Assembly (NCBI GenBank): GCA_965116305.1
Contig: OZ220673.1
Coordinates: forward strand, 1,379,362-1,443,361
From: Dehalococcoidia bacterium
Lineage (GTDB): Bacteria > Chloroflexota > Dehalococcoidia > Lucifugimonadales > Australimonadaceae
DNA: 64,000 nt
Direction: 5' to 3'
Shown here: positions 26,606 through 35,487 of the stretch, one piece after another
Position numbering within the stretch: position 1 is the first letter of the stretch
How the letters are laid out: each line of letters opens with the position of its first letter
Program-made: the position numbers and the translations under genes
The notes under the pieces: model-generated
What the model saw: the letters and a program-made list of their open reading frames with translations, nothing else
Told to the model about the DNA's origin: nothing
Database searches by the model: none

Positions 26606-27220
26606 TCAGTGCAGCGGCGAGAACGACGACGGGACCATGTGCCGCACGAGCTGGTGTACGGCGCTCACGTCCGTGTGCGCCGGCCAGATCCCCTCTTTAA
26701 GATAGATGGCGCGCAACTCGTCACGGTGCGCCCAGTCCTTGTACGGCCACAACTGGTAGAAGCGATTGAGCTGGCCGAGGTCGCTCATGAAGAAGCAGCC
26801 GGGGTACATCTCCAGACGTTTCCCAGCCTGCTCGCTGAACTGCTGCATCACGGCGCGGACCGTGCCCGACGGGAAGGTGTACATCCGCAGTTCGTAGAGG
26901 TTGCCCCACTCCCGCGGGCCATCCAGTGGGTCGTTCACCGGCGAGCCCACGAGGATGTCGCTCTCCATCGAGACCGCGAACTGGGTGATGTCCGGCGGCC
27001 AGATGCCATCTGCGATCGCCCTGGTACGCACGTCCGCACGCTGCTGCAGCGACTCGTACGCCCACAGGTGAACGATCTGGTTGAGCGGCCCGATCTCCGT
27101 GTGCCAGAAGCCGACCAGGGGCGAGAGTTTCGTGCGCGCCTCTATCTTCTCGGCGAAGCGCCGCTCCACCTCGGGCACGGAGTTAGCCGTGAGGTTGTAG
27201 GTCCGCAGTTCGTAGATCAT
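26606..27220 (-). CDS. NIPSNAP-family protein (two NIPSNAP repeats)
   Basis: ORF track 26606..27340, trimmed to MIYELRTYNL with AGGAGGA 7 nt upstream. The second repeat is LYELRMYTF. Confidence 0.7.
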   Translation of the reverse strand: MIYELRTYNLTANSVPEVERRFAEKIEARTKLSPLVGFWHTEIGPLNQIVHLWAYESLQQRADVRTRAIADGIWPPDITQFAVSMESDILVGSPVNDPLDGPREWGNLYELRMYTFPSGTVRAVMQQFSEQAGKRLEMYPGCFFMSDLGQLNRFYQLWPYKDWAHRDELRAIYLKEGIWPAHTDVSAVHQLVRHMVPSSFSPLH

Positions 27221-27467
27221 CAGCATTCCTCCTGGAAAGGTCAGAGTGAGTGTAGCGCAGCGAGGAAGTCCGCGCCCCACACCTCCGGTCCCTTGCTGTG
27301 GAGCATCTGGACGGGGTAGATGGGCGCAATTCCGCCGCATCAGGCGTGTTCTTGAGAAATTCCCTCAAAAATGAGGCTTCAGGGGACTTGTAGAGTGCCT
27401 ATCTGGTAGGAAAGCATTGCTCAGTGATACTGCGGCCCACAGGCTGCGACTGCAGAAGGAGGACAGA

Positions 27468-27623
27468 ATGCAGGCATACTGCGTCAAGTGTCGGGACAAG
27501 CGCGACATGGGTAGCCCCCGCGACGAGACGACCAAGAACGGCAAGCCCATCATCAAAGGGACATGCGGCGTCTGCGGCACAGGCCTCAACATTATCGGCA
27601 AGACCATGGCCCAGATGGGCTAG
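27468..27623 (+). CDS. small zinc-ribbon protein (DUF5679-like)
   Basis: ORF track 27417..27623 trimmed to MQAYCVKCRDKRDMGSPRDETTKNGKPIIKGTCGVCGTGLNIIGKT, with GAAGGAGG upstream. Pattern is CxxC...CxxC. Confidence 0.65.
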   Translation: MQAYCVKCRDKRDMGSPRDETTKNGKPIIKGTCGVCGTGLNIIGKTMAQMG

Positions 27624-27676
27624 AGCCTCAGGCTCTATTGCGGGAAGCCCGGCGACGAGCCGGGCCTTCCCGTTGC

Positions 27677-28510
27677 CTAGTACATCACGTCCCCACCGGA
27701 GACGGAGACCGCCAGGCCGGTTATGTAGTCCGATTCAGCGGACGACAGGAACGCGGCCATCTTGGCGATGTCTTCCGTCTCCGTGATGCGTCCGAGCGGG
27801 TTCGCCCGTGTGCGATCAGCCACCATCCCCCGCAACTGCTCCTCAGCCGTCGTGCCTGACGGCTTTATCGCGTCGGCGATGAATGCGGCGCGCTCCGTCT
27901 CCGCGAGTCCCGGACAGATGGCATTGACGTTCACCCCGTGCGGTCCCAGTTCGTGCGCCACCGACTGCGTGAAACCCACCAGCGCGAACTTGGACGCCGT
28001 GTAGGCCGCGTAGCGCGGCATCCCCCGCTTCCCTGCCGTGGAGGCGATGATGACGATCTTCCCTCCTCCGCCACGCTCGATCATGTGCCGCGCCACCGCA
28101 CGCGTGCAGAGGAAGGTACCGCGCACGTTCACCCGCTGCACCTCGTCGAACGCCTCCTCCGTCAGCTCCACGAGCGGCACGCGGTCCGGCCCCGGTCGGG
28201 ACCCCGCGTTGTTCACCAGGATGTCTATCCGCCCGAAACGTTCCAGCGTCTCCTGGACCATCCGCTCGACGGACGCGCTGTCCGACACGTCGCCGACCAG
28301 CGCAAGCGAACTTCTCCCTGTTTCGGCTATCTCGGCTGCGACCGACTCCAGCCCCTGCCAGCCGCCGGAGCTTCCGTAGGGGTTCAGCGCGACGTCGTTC
28401 ACGGCGACGTCCGCGCCCTCGCGCGCCAGCCTGTTGGCGATGGCGCGACCGAACCCGCGTTCGCCGCCGGCGCCCGTCACCAACGCCACTTTGCCCGTGA
28501 GGTCGTACAT
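27677..28510 (-). CDS. short-chain dehydrogenase/reductase (SDR)
   Basis: C-terminal 277 aa of the spurious 709-aa ORF. Start is MYDLTGKVALVTGAGGERGFGRAIA. Other motifs are NNAG and YTASK. Confidence 0.85.
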   Translation of the reverse strand: MYDLTGKVALVTGAGGERGFGRAIANRLAREGADVAVNDVALNPYGSSGGWQGLESVAAEIAETGRSSLALVGDVSDSASVERMVQETLERFGRIDILVNNAGSRPGPDRVPLVELTEEAFDEVQRVNVRGTFLCTRAVARHMIERGGGGKIVIIASTAGKRGMPRYAAYTASKFALVGFTQSVAHELGPHGVNVNAICPGLAETERAAFIADAIKPSGTTAEEQLRGMVADRTRANPLGRITETEDIAKMAAFLSSAESDYITGLAVSVSGGDVMY

Positions 28511-28515
28511 CGCAC

Positions 28516-29541
28516 TCACGCCATCCCGTAGAAGCGCTGTGCATTCAGTCCGGCAACCTTCGCCCGCTGCTCGGGCGTCATGTCCTCGCGTGCAAGCAGG
28601 TGCTGGATGTTCTCCGGGAACTCGGCGTCCCAGTGGGGAAAGTCCGACGCGAACATGATGATGTCCTCGCCCAGGATGCGCATCGTCTCCGGCAGCATCC
28701 GCTCTTCGGCCTCGCAGGAAATGAAGATGTTGCCGGAAGCGAGGTATTCGCTCGGGTACTTCGTGAGCAGCGGCGAGTCCACGTGGCCGCGCAGGTGGTA
28801 GCGCTCGTCCATCCGGTCGAGCATGTAGACCGTCCAGCCGCAGCCCGCCTCCAGGAATGCGAGCTTCAGGTCCGGGAACTTCTCCGGCACGCCGGAGAGA
28901 ATGATGCTCACGAACTGCTTCATCTGCGTGAACGCGTGGCCGAGCGAGTGCACCTGCGAGAGGTTGTCGAACAGGAACTCGTCGTAGGAGCCGGTGATGC
29001 GTCCGCTGCCGTGCACCGCGAGCGGCACGCCGAGACGTTGCGCCTCCTCGTAGATGACATCGAACTGCGGCTTGCCGAACTGGTACGGCCCCTCCGGCAA
29101 CATCCCTCCCAGCATGCCTAGCTCCTCGACGCAGCGACGCAGCTCGGCCGCCGCCGCGGGCGGGTCCTGTACCGGCAGCAGGGCAACGCCCTTGAACCGC
29201 GAGTCCAGTTGGAGGTAGGTGTCGAACAGCCAGTTGTTGTAGGCGCGGGAGCGCACGATGGCGAAGTCCGGTTCCATGAGCCAGCCTGCGCCGAGGCTCC
29301 CCGTGGGGAAGAGCGCCGACGCCGCAAGTCCGCCGCGGTCCAGCGCATCGAGCCAGACACCGGTGTCCACCTGGCGCGTTCCGAGACGGCCGCCCAGCGT
29401 GTTGTCGAACCCGTCGCGTGGGGAGTTCGCGCTCAGGCGCGGCCTTTCGTTGTACGGCGCTGGCAGATACGGGCGTATATCCTCGTCCGCGTCGCGCACG
29501 TGTCCGTCTGCGTCGATGCAGAGCGTTGCCGTCGTCGTCAT
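28516..29541 (-). CDS. amidohydrolase_2 (ACMSD-like metal-dependent hydrolase/decarboxylase) family protein
   Basis: ORF track 28516..29928 trimmed to MTTTATLCIDADGHV, with GAAGGAGG upstream. The C-terminal motif is FASDFPHWD. Confidence 0.8.
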   Translation of the reverse strand: MTTTATLCIDADGHVRDADEDIRPYLPAPYNERPRLSANSPRDGFDNTLGGRLGTRQVDTGVWLDALDRGGLAASALFPTGSLGAGWLMEPDFAIVRSRAYNNWLFDTYLQLDSRFKGVALLPVQDPPAAAAELRRCVEELGMLGGMLPEGPYQFGKPQFDVIYEEAQRLGVPLAVHGSGRITGSYDEFLFDNLSQVHSLGHAFTQMKQFVSIILSGVPEKFPDLKLAFLEAGCGWTVYMLDRMDERYHLRGHVDSPLLTKYPSEYLASGNIFISCEAEERMLPETMRILGEDIIMFASDFPHWDAEFPENIQHLLAREDMTPEQRAKVAGLNAQRFYGMA

Positions 29542-29765
29542 GCCCGGCCTCCTTCTGTGCTGTCCTGCCACCGGGAGCAGGATAGGCCGGTGCTGTGAAG
29601 TCGGCAACTTGTGAACGGGTTTCACACAAAACACTCCGAACGATTGACCTGACGCTCGCACGCAGGTACATTGCGCCGCGACAATCGACTGCACACGGCG
29701 ACCCGCTCGGAAAGCGGTTCGACAACACGTGTCTGGAATACAGCGCAACGCAGGAGGAAAACCGA

Positions 29766-31052
29766 ATGCGCATCCACCGATTCCTGGCCCTCGGCGCGCT
29801 AGCCATGATTCTGGCGCTCTTCGCAGCATGCGGAAGCGATGAAGAGCCAACCGCAACGCCGCGCCCGGCGGCTCAGCCGACTCCGACCCCCACCGCCGAG
29901 GCGATGATGGCGGAGGACCCCACTCCAACGCCCGAGGCTATGATGGGCGAGGACCCGACTCCCACGCCTGAAGCGATGATGGAGGGAGACCCGACGGCCA
30001 CTCCGACGCCACGGCCCACCCCCACCCCCGTACCCCCACCGGCCGGCTTCGACGCAGAGGAATACTTCGGCGGCAAGACGATCAAGATCATCGTCGGAGC
30101 GAGCCCCGGCGGCGGCTATGACACCTTCAGCAGGCTGGTTGCGCAGGCAGCCGAACGGCAGTTCCCTGACAGCACGCGCTTCATCGTGCAGAACCTCCCC
30201 GGCGCCGGACAGCTCCGCGGGCTGCGAGGCGTGATCGAGTCGGAGCCGGATGGCTACACCATTGGCCCGACGCACTCGCGCTGGTTCGCACGACAGTTGC
30301 TGGTTGGCGACGTGCCCGGATTCGACATCGACGCCATACACATCCTCGGTTCCCCGACCTTCACCATCGGCGAGGACGGCTTCTGCCTGGACAGTAACTT
30401 CGCATCCTCCTGGCAGGAAGTGATCGACAATGACCTCACGATCAGGGTCGGGTCTGCAGCGGCAGGCAACGAGCCTGCCATCGAGTTCATGGTCCAGAAC
30501 GGCGGCCCGTTCAAGCTCATCTACGGCTATGGGGGAACGTCCGAGATCATGGCGGCGTTCGACCGAGGCGAACTGGACGGCACGAACCGCTGCAGCCCGG
30601 GCACCGCAGGCCGCCTCTTCCCCGAGTGGATAGAGCAAGGGCGCATGGTCCCGATCTTCTACGAGAAGAAGCCGTACAACGATGAATGGCTGGCCGAACT
30701 CGGACACGACGGCCCGCTCCCCTCCTTCCGCGACCTGCCGGGCCTCACGTTCGACGCGGCACAGGCTGAGGCGCTTGAGTTGAACCTGCTCGTGACCGAG
30801 ATCTCGCGTGTCTTCTTCCTGCCTCCGGGCGTCCCTGACGACGTGAAGCAGTACTGGCAATCGGCATTCGATCAGATGATGGAAGACGCCGCATTCAAGG
30901 AGCAGGTCTCCATCGCCGGATACGCAGACGACTTCGGCTATGGAAGGGCCGAGGACATCCTCGACATCGTCAGGCGGGTACAGAACGCCAGCCAGGCGAC
31001 GCGCGACATAGCGCTCGAACTGAGCGGCGTCGGCAACCTGACCATCAACTAG
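29766..31052 (+). CDS. TctC/Bug-family substrate-binding lipoprotein with Pro/Thr-rich linker
   Basis: ORF track 29595..31052 trimmed to MRIHRFLALGALAMILALFAACGS, with AGGAGGA upstream and lipobox FAAC. The core is GKTIKIIVGASPGGGYDTFSRL...NLPGAGQ...PDGYT. Confidence 0.85.
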   Translation: MRIHRFLALGALAMILALFAACGSDEEPTATPRPAAQPTPTPTAEAMMAEDPTPTPEAMMGEDPTPTPEAMMEGDPTATPTPRPTPTPVPPPAGFDAEEYFGGKTIKIIVGASPGGGYDTFSRLVAQAAERQFPDSTRFIVQNLPGAGQLRGLRGVIESEPDGYTIGPTHSRWFARQLLVGDVPGFDIDAIHILGSPTFTIGEDGFCLDSNFASSWQEVIDNDLTIRVGSAAAGNEPAIEFMVQNGGPFKLIYGYGGTSEIMAAFDRGELDGTNRCSPGTAGRLFPEWIEQGRMVPIFYEKKPYNDEWLAELGHDGPLPSFRDLPGLTFDAAQAEALELNLLVTEISRVFFLPPGVPDDVKQYWQSAFDQMMEDAAFKEQVSIAGYADDFGYGRAEDILDIVRRVQNASQATRDIALELSGVGNLTIN

Positions 31053-31133
31053 GGACGGATCGCGCCGGTGCAGGCATGGCGCCCGCACCGGCGCAGGTAA
31101 CGGAGTCGAACCAGCAGAAAGGACGGCCGGAGC

Positions 31134-32666
31134 ATGTGGGAAGCAAGCATCAGTGCGGCTCAACACCTGTTCAGCCCAGGCCCGCTCATCGCATTCGCGA
31201 TCATCACGCCCATCGCGCTTTTCAACGGTGTGATGATTGCGGGCGGCGTGCCCGTCTTCATCCTGCTGCTCAGCTTCGCCGCTCAGCTTGACCCCTTCAT
31301 AGCGCTCCCGGCAGCCGTCTTCTACGCCGCCGCCAACGACGCCACGGAGCCCATACCGTCCATCCTCATAGGAGTACCGGGCTCACGAGGGTCGCAGGCG
31401 ACGATCATCGACGGTTACCCGATGTCACGCCAAGGACGCGCTGGGGAGGCGCTCGGGGCCGTTTACGTCTCCTCCCTCATCGGCGGCATCCTCGGGGCAG
31501 CGATGCTGATGACCGTTCTCCCGATCGCGCGTGAGCTGCTCAAACTCTTCGGAGCGGCAGAGTTCTTCCTCCTCTCGCTCCTCGGCATCGCCACGGTTGC
31601 GCTGCTCAGCTCCGGCGCGATGGTCAAGGGGTTGCTCACCGCAGCGTTCGGCCTCGCGATCGCCCTCATCGGGTTCTCACCCATCGGCGGAGTGGTCCGC
31701 GCGAATATGGGAATCGGCTACCTGTGGGACGGGCTCCCGCTGGTGCCGGTGCTTCTGGGCGTGTTCGCCATACCGGAACTGGCGAACCTCGTCGTCAGCA
31801 ACACGACCATAGCGACCGAACGGCTGGACGAAGTGCTCTCCGGTTCCGGCTCCGGCGTGAAGAAGGGCATGAGGGAGGCGATGCGCCACAAGTGGCTCAT
31901 CACGCGCTCATCGCTCATCGGCGCGTTCGTCGGCATGATGCCGGGCCTCGGGGCAGTCCCCGCACACTGGATCGCTTACGCGCAGGCGCGGCAGACCGAG
32001 TCGGGCGCCACCGAATCGTTCGGCACAGGCGACATCCGGGGCGTCATCGCGCCGGAGGCGTCGAACAATGCGATAGACGGCGGAGTCCTGGTGCCGACCC
32101 TCTTCTTCTCTATCCCGGGCAGCCCGAATATGGCGCTCATCCTCGCCATGCTCATCCTGGTCGGCATCCAGCCCGGCCCGCCGATGCTGAACCAGCACCT
32201 GGACCTGACCGTCGCTCTCGTCTGGACGATCGTGCTCGCCAACATCATCGTGGTGCCGATCGTGCTCCGGTTCGCGCCGCTCATCGCCCGCGTAACCGTC
32301 ATACCGCCGAACATCCTCTTCCCGCTGGTGATGGCCATCATCGTCATAGGCGTCTACCAGAGCTCGCAGTCGGTAGGCGACCTCTGGTTGTTCGCCGGGG
32401 CTGGGGTGCTGGGCCTGTTTATGAAGGCATACGCCTGGCCACGCCCACCCATCGTCATCGCGATCGTGCTGGCGAACGAGGCGGAGAAGTGGCTCTGGAT
32501 CGCAACCAACACCTACGGTTGGGAGATGTTCCTCCGATGGCAGTTCAACGCCATCCTGGCATTCGTTGTCATCGGCGCCATCGTGGGACTCCGCGTCCAG
32601 CGTAATGCGTCGCGCATCCGCCAGCAGGAAGAGTCGAGCGAGCGCCTGGGAGAAGCAGCGCCATGA
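31134..32666 (+). CDS. tctA: tripartite tricarboxylate transporter large permease TctA
   Basis: ORF track 510 aa, polytopic, with typical TctA segments IPSILIGVPGS and IDGGVLVPTLFFSIPGS. Confidence 0.85.
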   Translation: MWEASISAAQHLFSPGPLIAFAIITPIALFNGVMIAGGVPVFILLLSFAAQLDPFIALPAAVFYAAANDATEPIPSILIGVPGSRGSQATIIDGYPMSRQGRAGEALGAVYVSSLIGGILGAAMLMTVLPIARELLKLFGAAEFFLLSLLGIATVALLSSGAMVKGLLTAAFGLAIALIGFSPIGGVVRANMGIGYLWDGLPLVPVLLGVFAIPELANLVVSNTTIATERLDEVLSGSGSGVKKGMREAMRHKWLITRSSLIGAFVGMMPGLGAVPAHWIAYAQARQTESGATESFGTGDIRGVIAPEASNNAIDGGVLVPTLFFSIPGSPNMALILAMLILVGIQPGPPMLNQHLDLTVALVWTIVLANIIVVPIVLRFAPLIARVTVIPPNILFPLVMAIIVIGVYQSSQSVGDLWLFAGAGVLGLFMKAYAWPRPPIVIAIVLANEAEKWLWIATNTYGWEMFLRWQFNAILAFVVIGAIVGLRVQRNASRIRQQEESSERLGEAAP

Positions 32667-33304
32667 CGACGCCCGGCACGAACGAGGCGGCTGCCCCTCG
32701 CAGCCGCTTCACATCCCTGGAGTTCATCGGGGAGGTGATCCTCCTCATCGCAGTCGGCGCGTTCATGGTCTACATGTACTGGGACTCGTTGCCGGAAGAC
32801 GCGGGAGCGTTCGGATGGTTGCCCTGGCAGTTGGACTGGAGCAGCGGCGCATGGCTGCTCCCACGTATCACCATCCTGTTCGCCATCCCGTTCTGGTTCT
32901 GGCGGGCAGTCTCCCTCTTCCAGCAGGGTGCATCGAGTGCGAGTGGCCAGATCATGGACACCGGTTTCCTCGAAACGGACGACGAGCCGGCCGTGGTCAT
33001 GCGGCGCTGGATGCTGCTCATCGGCTCAACTGCCGCGCTGCTCGTGGGTGTCTGGCTGTTCGGCTTCCACATCGCCGTACCGGCATACACCATCCTCTAC
33101 CTCGTCATCTTCGGCAAGGTGAAGTGGTACTGGACCATCATCCCTGCCGTCTTCTTCGAGATCATCATCATCGCGATCTACGGCTATATCCTGCTCGCCG
33201 AGTGGGGCACGCCGGTCGCGCGCGACTGGCCCGTCATCGGCACGATATGGGACGGCGCTGTCGACGCCTGGCACAGCTTCTACGAAGCCAACATCGAGGC
33301 GTAG
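32663..33304 (+). CDS. TctB-like small membrane subunit
   Basis: ORF track 213 aa, 4-5 TM helices. ATGA start/stop overlap with tctA. Confidence 0.6.
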   Translation: MTTPGTNEAAAPRSRFTSLEFIGEVILLIAVGAFMVYMYWDSLPEDAGAFGWLPWQLDWSSGAWLLPRITILFAIPFWFWRAVSLFQQGASSASGQIMDTGFLETDDEPAVVMRRWMLLIGSTAALLVGVWLFGFHIAVPAYTILYLVIFGKVKWYWTIIPAVFFEIIIIAIYGYILLAEWGTPVARDWPVIGTIWDGAVDAWHSFYEANIEA

Positions 33305-33408
33305 TCGCACCTTGCACACGGGATGTTGCATGCCGCGCTGTACAGGAGTAGTACAATCGGCAGCAGCAAGTAACACCCGGAGAACAATCTCAGCAGGAGG
33401 AGCAAGCC

Positions 33409-34677
33409 ATGCTTTCCAGGGAGAACAACGAACTCATCACTCAAGTAGGTCCCGGTACGCCGATGGGCGAGGCCATGCGGCGCTACTGGATCCCCGCACT
33501 CATGGACTTCGAACTTCCGGAACCCGACTGCGACCCCGTGCGTGTGCGGCTCCTCGGCGAAGACCTCGTCGCGTTCCGTGACTCCAAGGGACGCGTCGGC
33601 CTGCTACCGGACGCGTGCCCCCACCGCCGCGTGAGCCTCTACTTCGGGAGGAACGAAGAGGAAGGCCTGCGCTGCGTCTACCACGGCTGGAAGTTCGACG
33701 TGGACGGCGTGTGCGTGGACCAGCCGAACGAGCCGGAACAGAGCAACTTCAAGCACAAGGTGAAGACGCGCGCCTACAAGACATGGGAAGGCGGCAACGT
33801 CATCTGGGCCTACCTCGGCCCGTCCGGCGAGGTCCCTCCCCCACCCGCATTCGAGTGGACGACCGTGCCGGACTCCCACCGCGGCGTCACCAAGCTCATC
33901 CAGACGTGCAACTGGGTGCAGGCCGTGGAAGGGGGCATCGACACCTCCCACTCGTCCTTCCTGCACAACAACGACCTCTCCGACAAGACGCTGCTCCGCT
34001 CACGCTCCACGGCTCCGTACCTGGAGGTCGAGCAGACCAACTACGGCTACACCTACAGCTCCGTACGCCCGCTCTCCAAGGAAGAGGGCAACTACGTGCG
34101 CACCTACCACTACGTGCTCCCCTTCCACCAGCTCCGCGCCGGTCAGGTGGGACGCAGCGGCGAGCCCGTGCAACCGCGCAGCTCCGGCCACTGCTGGGTG
34201 CCCATAGACGACGAGAACACGATGGTCTTCAACTGGACGTTCACCTGGGACGAGAACCCGCTCGGCGACAAAGACAGGCGCCTCGCAGGCACCGGCAATG
34301 AGTGGGACGTCGACATCGACCGCACGACGTTCCGCACGGTGCGGAACAAGGAGAACGACTGGATGATCGACCGGCAGATGCAACGCACCGAGAACTTCAC
34401 CGGCATCGTCGGCGTCAACACCCAGGACCGCGCTCTGCAGGAGACGATGGGCACCATCGCCGACCGCAGCCAGGAGCACCTCGGCACGAGCGACCGCGCC
34501 ATCATCGCGATGCGCAAGCTGCTCCAGGAAGCGATACGCGTAAACTCGGACGGTGGCACGCCGCGCGGCAGCCAGGGCGAGTTCATCGGCATCCGCGCCA
34601 TCGACCGCATCCTTCCCGCCGACCAGCCGTGGTCCGTGCTTAAACCGGACATGTACCCCGCGACGGCCGGGCGCTAG
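33409..34677 (+). CDS. Rieske non-heme-iron oxygenase, second subfamily (paralog 4)
   Basis: ORF track 422 aa. Motifs are CPHRRVSL...CVYHGW and NWVQAVEGGIDTSHSSFLH. Confidence 0.9.
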   Translation: MLSRENNELITQVGPGTPMGEAMRRYWIPALMDFELPEPDCDPVRVRLLGEDLVAFRDSKGRVGLLPDACPHRRVSLYFGRNEEEGLRCVYHGWKFDVDGVCVDQPNEPEQSNFKHKVKTRAYKTWEGGNVIWAYLGPSGEVPPPPAFEWTTVPDSHRGVTKLIQTCNWVQAVEGGIDTSHSSFLHNNDLSDKTLLRSRSTAPYLEVEQTNYGYTYSSVRPLSKEEGNYVRTYHYVLPFHQLRAGQVGRSGEPVQPRSSGHCWVPIDDENTMVFNWTFTWDENPLGDKDRRLAGTGNEWDVDIDRTTFRTVRNKENDWMIDRQMQRTENFTGIVGVNTQDRALQETMGTIADRSQEHLGTSDRAIIAMRKLLQEAIRVNSDGGTPRGSQGEFIGIRAIDRILPADQPWSVLKPDMYPATAGR

Positions 34678-34710
34678 GGGACCGCGCCCCGGGCGCACGA
34701 GAGAGAATCG

Positions 34711-34744
34711 TTACGGCAGGGCTCGACGTCGAGCCCTGCCGTAA
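34711..34744 (+). terminator. perfect 34-nt palindrome (stem-loop) downstream of the Rieske gene
   Basis: TTACGGCAGGGCTCGACGTCGAGCCCTGCCGTAA equals its own reverse complement. It is followed by GTTATTGT, a weak U-tract. Confidence 0.5.
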
Positions 34745-34765
34745 GTTATTGTCCGTACAACTGGT

Positions 34766-34785
34766 GCCGTACAATTGTGTACGGC
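34766..34785. promoter_or_regulatory. candidate operator: GCCGTACA-attg-TGTACGGC inverted repeat upstream of the RHH antitoxin gene
   Basis: Perfect 8-bp arms. Further CCGTA(C/A) and GTACGG half-sites are at 34739, 34753, 34792 and 34806. Confidence 0.55.
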
Positions 34786-34799
34786 AAGGAGGTACGGCA

Positions 34800-35051
34800 G
34801 TGTCTGTACGGCTGGAAGTGCGGCTGGACGAGAAGCGCCGCGCACAACTAGAAGAGATAGCCGGGAACAGGGGTGAGTCTATCTCGGACGTGGTGCGGGC
34901 GTTGATAGACGACGCCTACGAAGAGATCCGGCGGGAGCGCATCAGGCGTGCCGTCGAGAGGCTCATCAACCTGAATGGGCCCACTCCTCCCGATCCTGAA
35001 ACGCTCTCCCGCGAGCTGGAGGCCGCCCATGAACCCTGCGGCATTGATTGA
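34800..35051 (+). CDS. ribbon-helix-helix antitoxin (VapB-like)
   Basis: ORF track 34749..35051. I prefer GTG at 34800 (AAGGAGG 7 nt upstream), giving VSVRLEVRLDEKRRAQLEEIAGNRGESISDVVRALI. It overlaps the PIN gene by 23 nt. Confidence 0.7.
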   Translation: MSVRLEVRLDEKRRAQLEEIAGNRGESISDVVRALIDDAYEEIRRERIRRAVERLINLNGPTPPDPETLSRELEAAHEPCGID

Positions 35052-35475
35052 CGCCAACATCCCCATCTATGCCTCCGGTGGCCAGCATCTGTTCAGAGAA
35101 CCTTGCGTCCGCATCATGCAGATGGTCGTGGAATACCCCGATTCGTTCGTAACGACATCAGAGGTGCTGCAGGAGATACTCCATCACTATCGCGCACGCA
35201 GGCAGTGGTTGTTGATGAGGCAGCTGGTCTACGAATTCGGCGAGGTCATGCATGGACGCATCGAGGCGGTTCATGCCGAGGACATCGTCCATGCCGCGGC
35301 ATTCGCCGATGACCATTCAGGTGTCGGTTCGAGAGACCTCGTGCATGCCGCAGTCGCGCTCCGGCTCGGCGTATCGCACATCATCTCCACGGACTCGGAC
35401 TTCGACCGCCTGCCCGTCATAACGCGCTTGGCCCCCGATCGCATCGACGAGTGGGCCGACGCTCTGATGGCGTAA
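35029..35475 (+). CDS. PIN-domain toxin (VapC-like)
   Basis: ORF track 34975..35475 trimmed to MNPAALIDANIPIYAS. The acidic PIN residues lie in IDAN, TSEVLQE, SRDLVHAA and STDSDF. Confidence 0.75.
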   Translation: MNPAALIDANIPIYASGGQHLFREPCVRIMQMVVEYPDSFVTTSEVLQEILHHYRARRQWLLMRQLVYEFGEVMHGRIEAVHAEDIVHAAAFADDHSGVGSRDLVHAAVALRLGVSHIISTDSDFDRLPVITRLAPDRIDEWADALMA

Positions 35476-35487
35476 GGGCGTGTAGCG

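Noticed and set aside
27677-29806. 709-aa ORF that would fuse an N-terminal domain to the SDR
   Set aside because: Only the last 277 aa (from MYDLTGKVALVTGAGG) look like a real protein. The upstream part is an out-of-frame read-through of the amidohydrolase gene (28516..29541), which has its own RBS and motifs.
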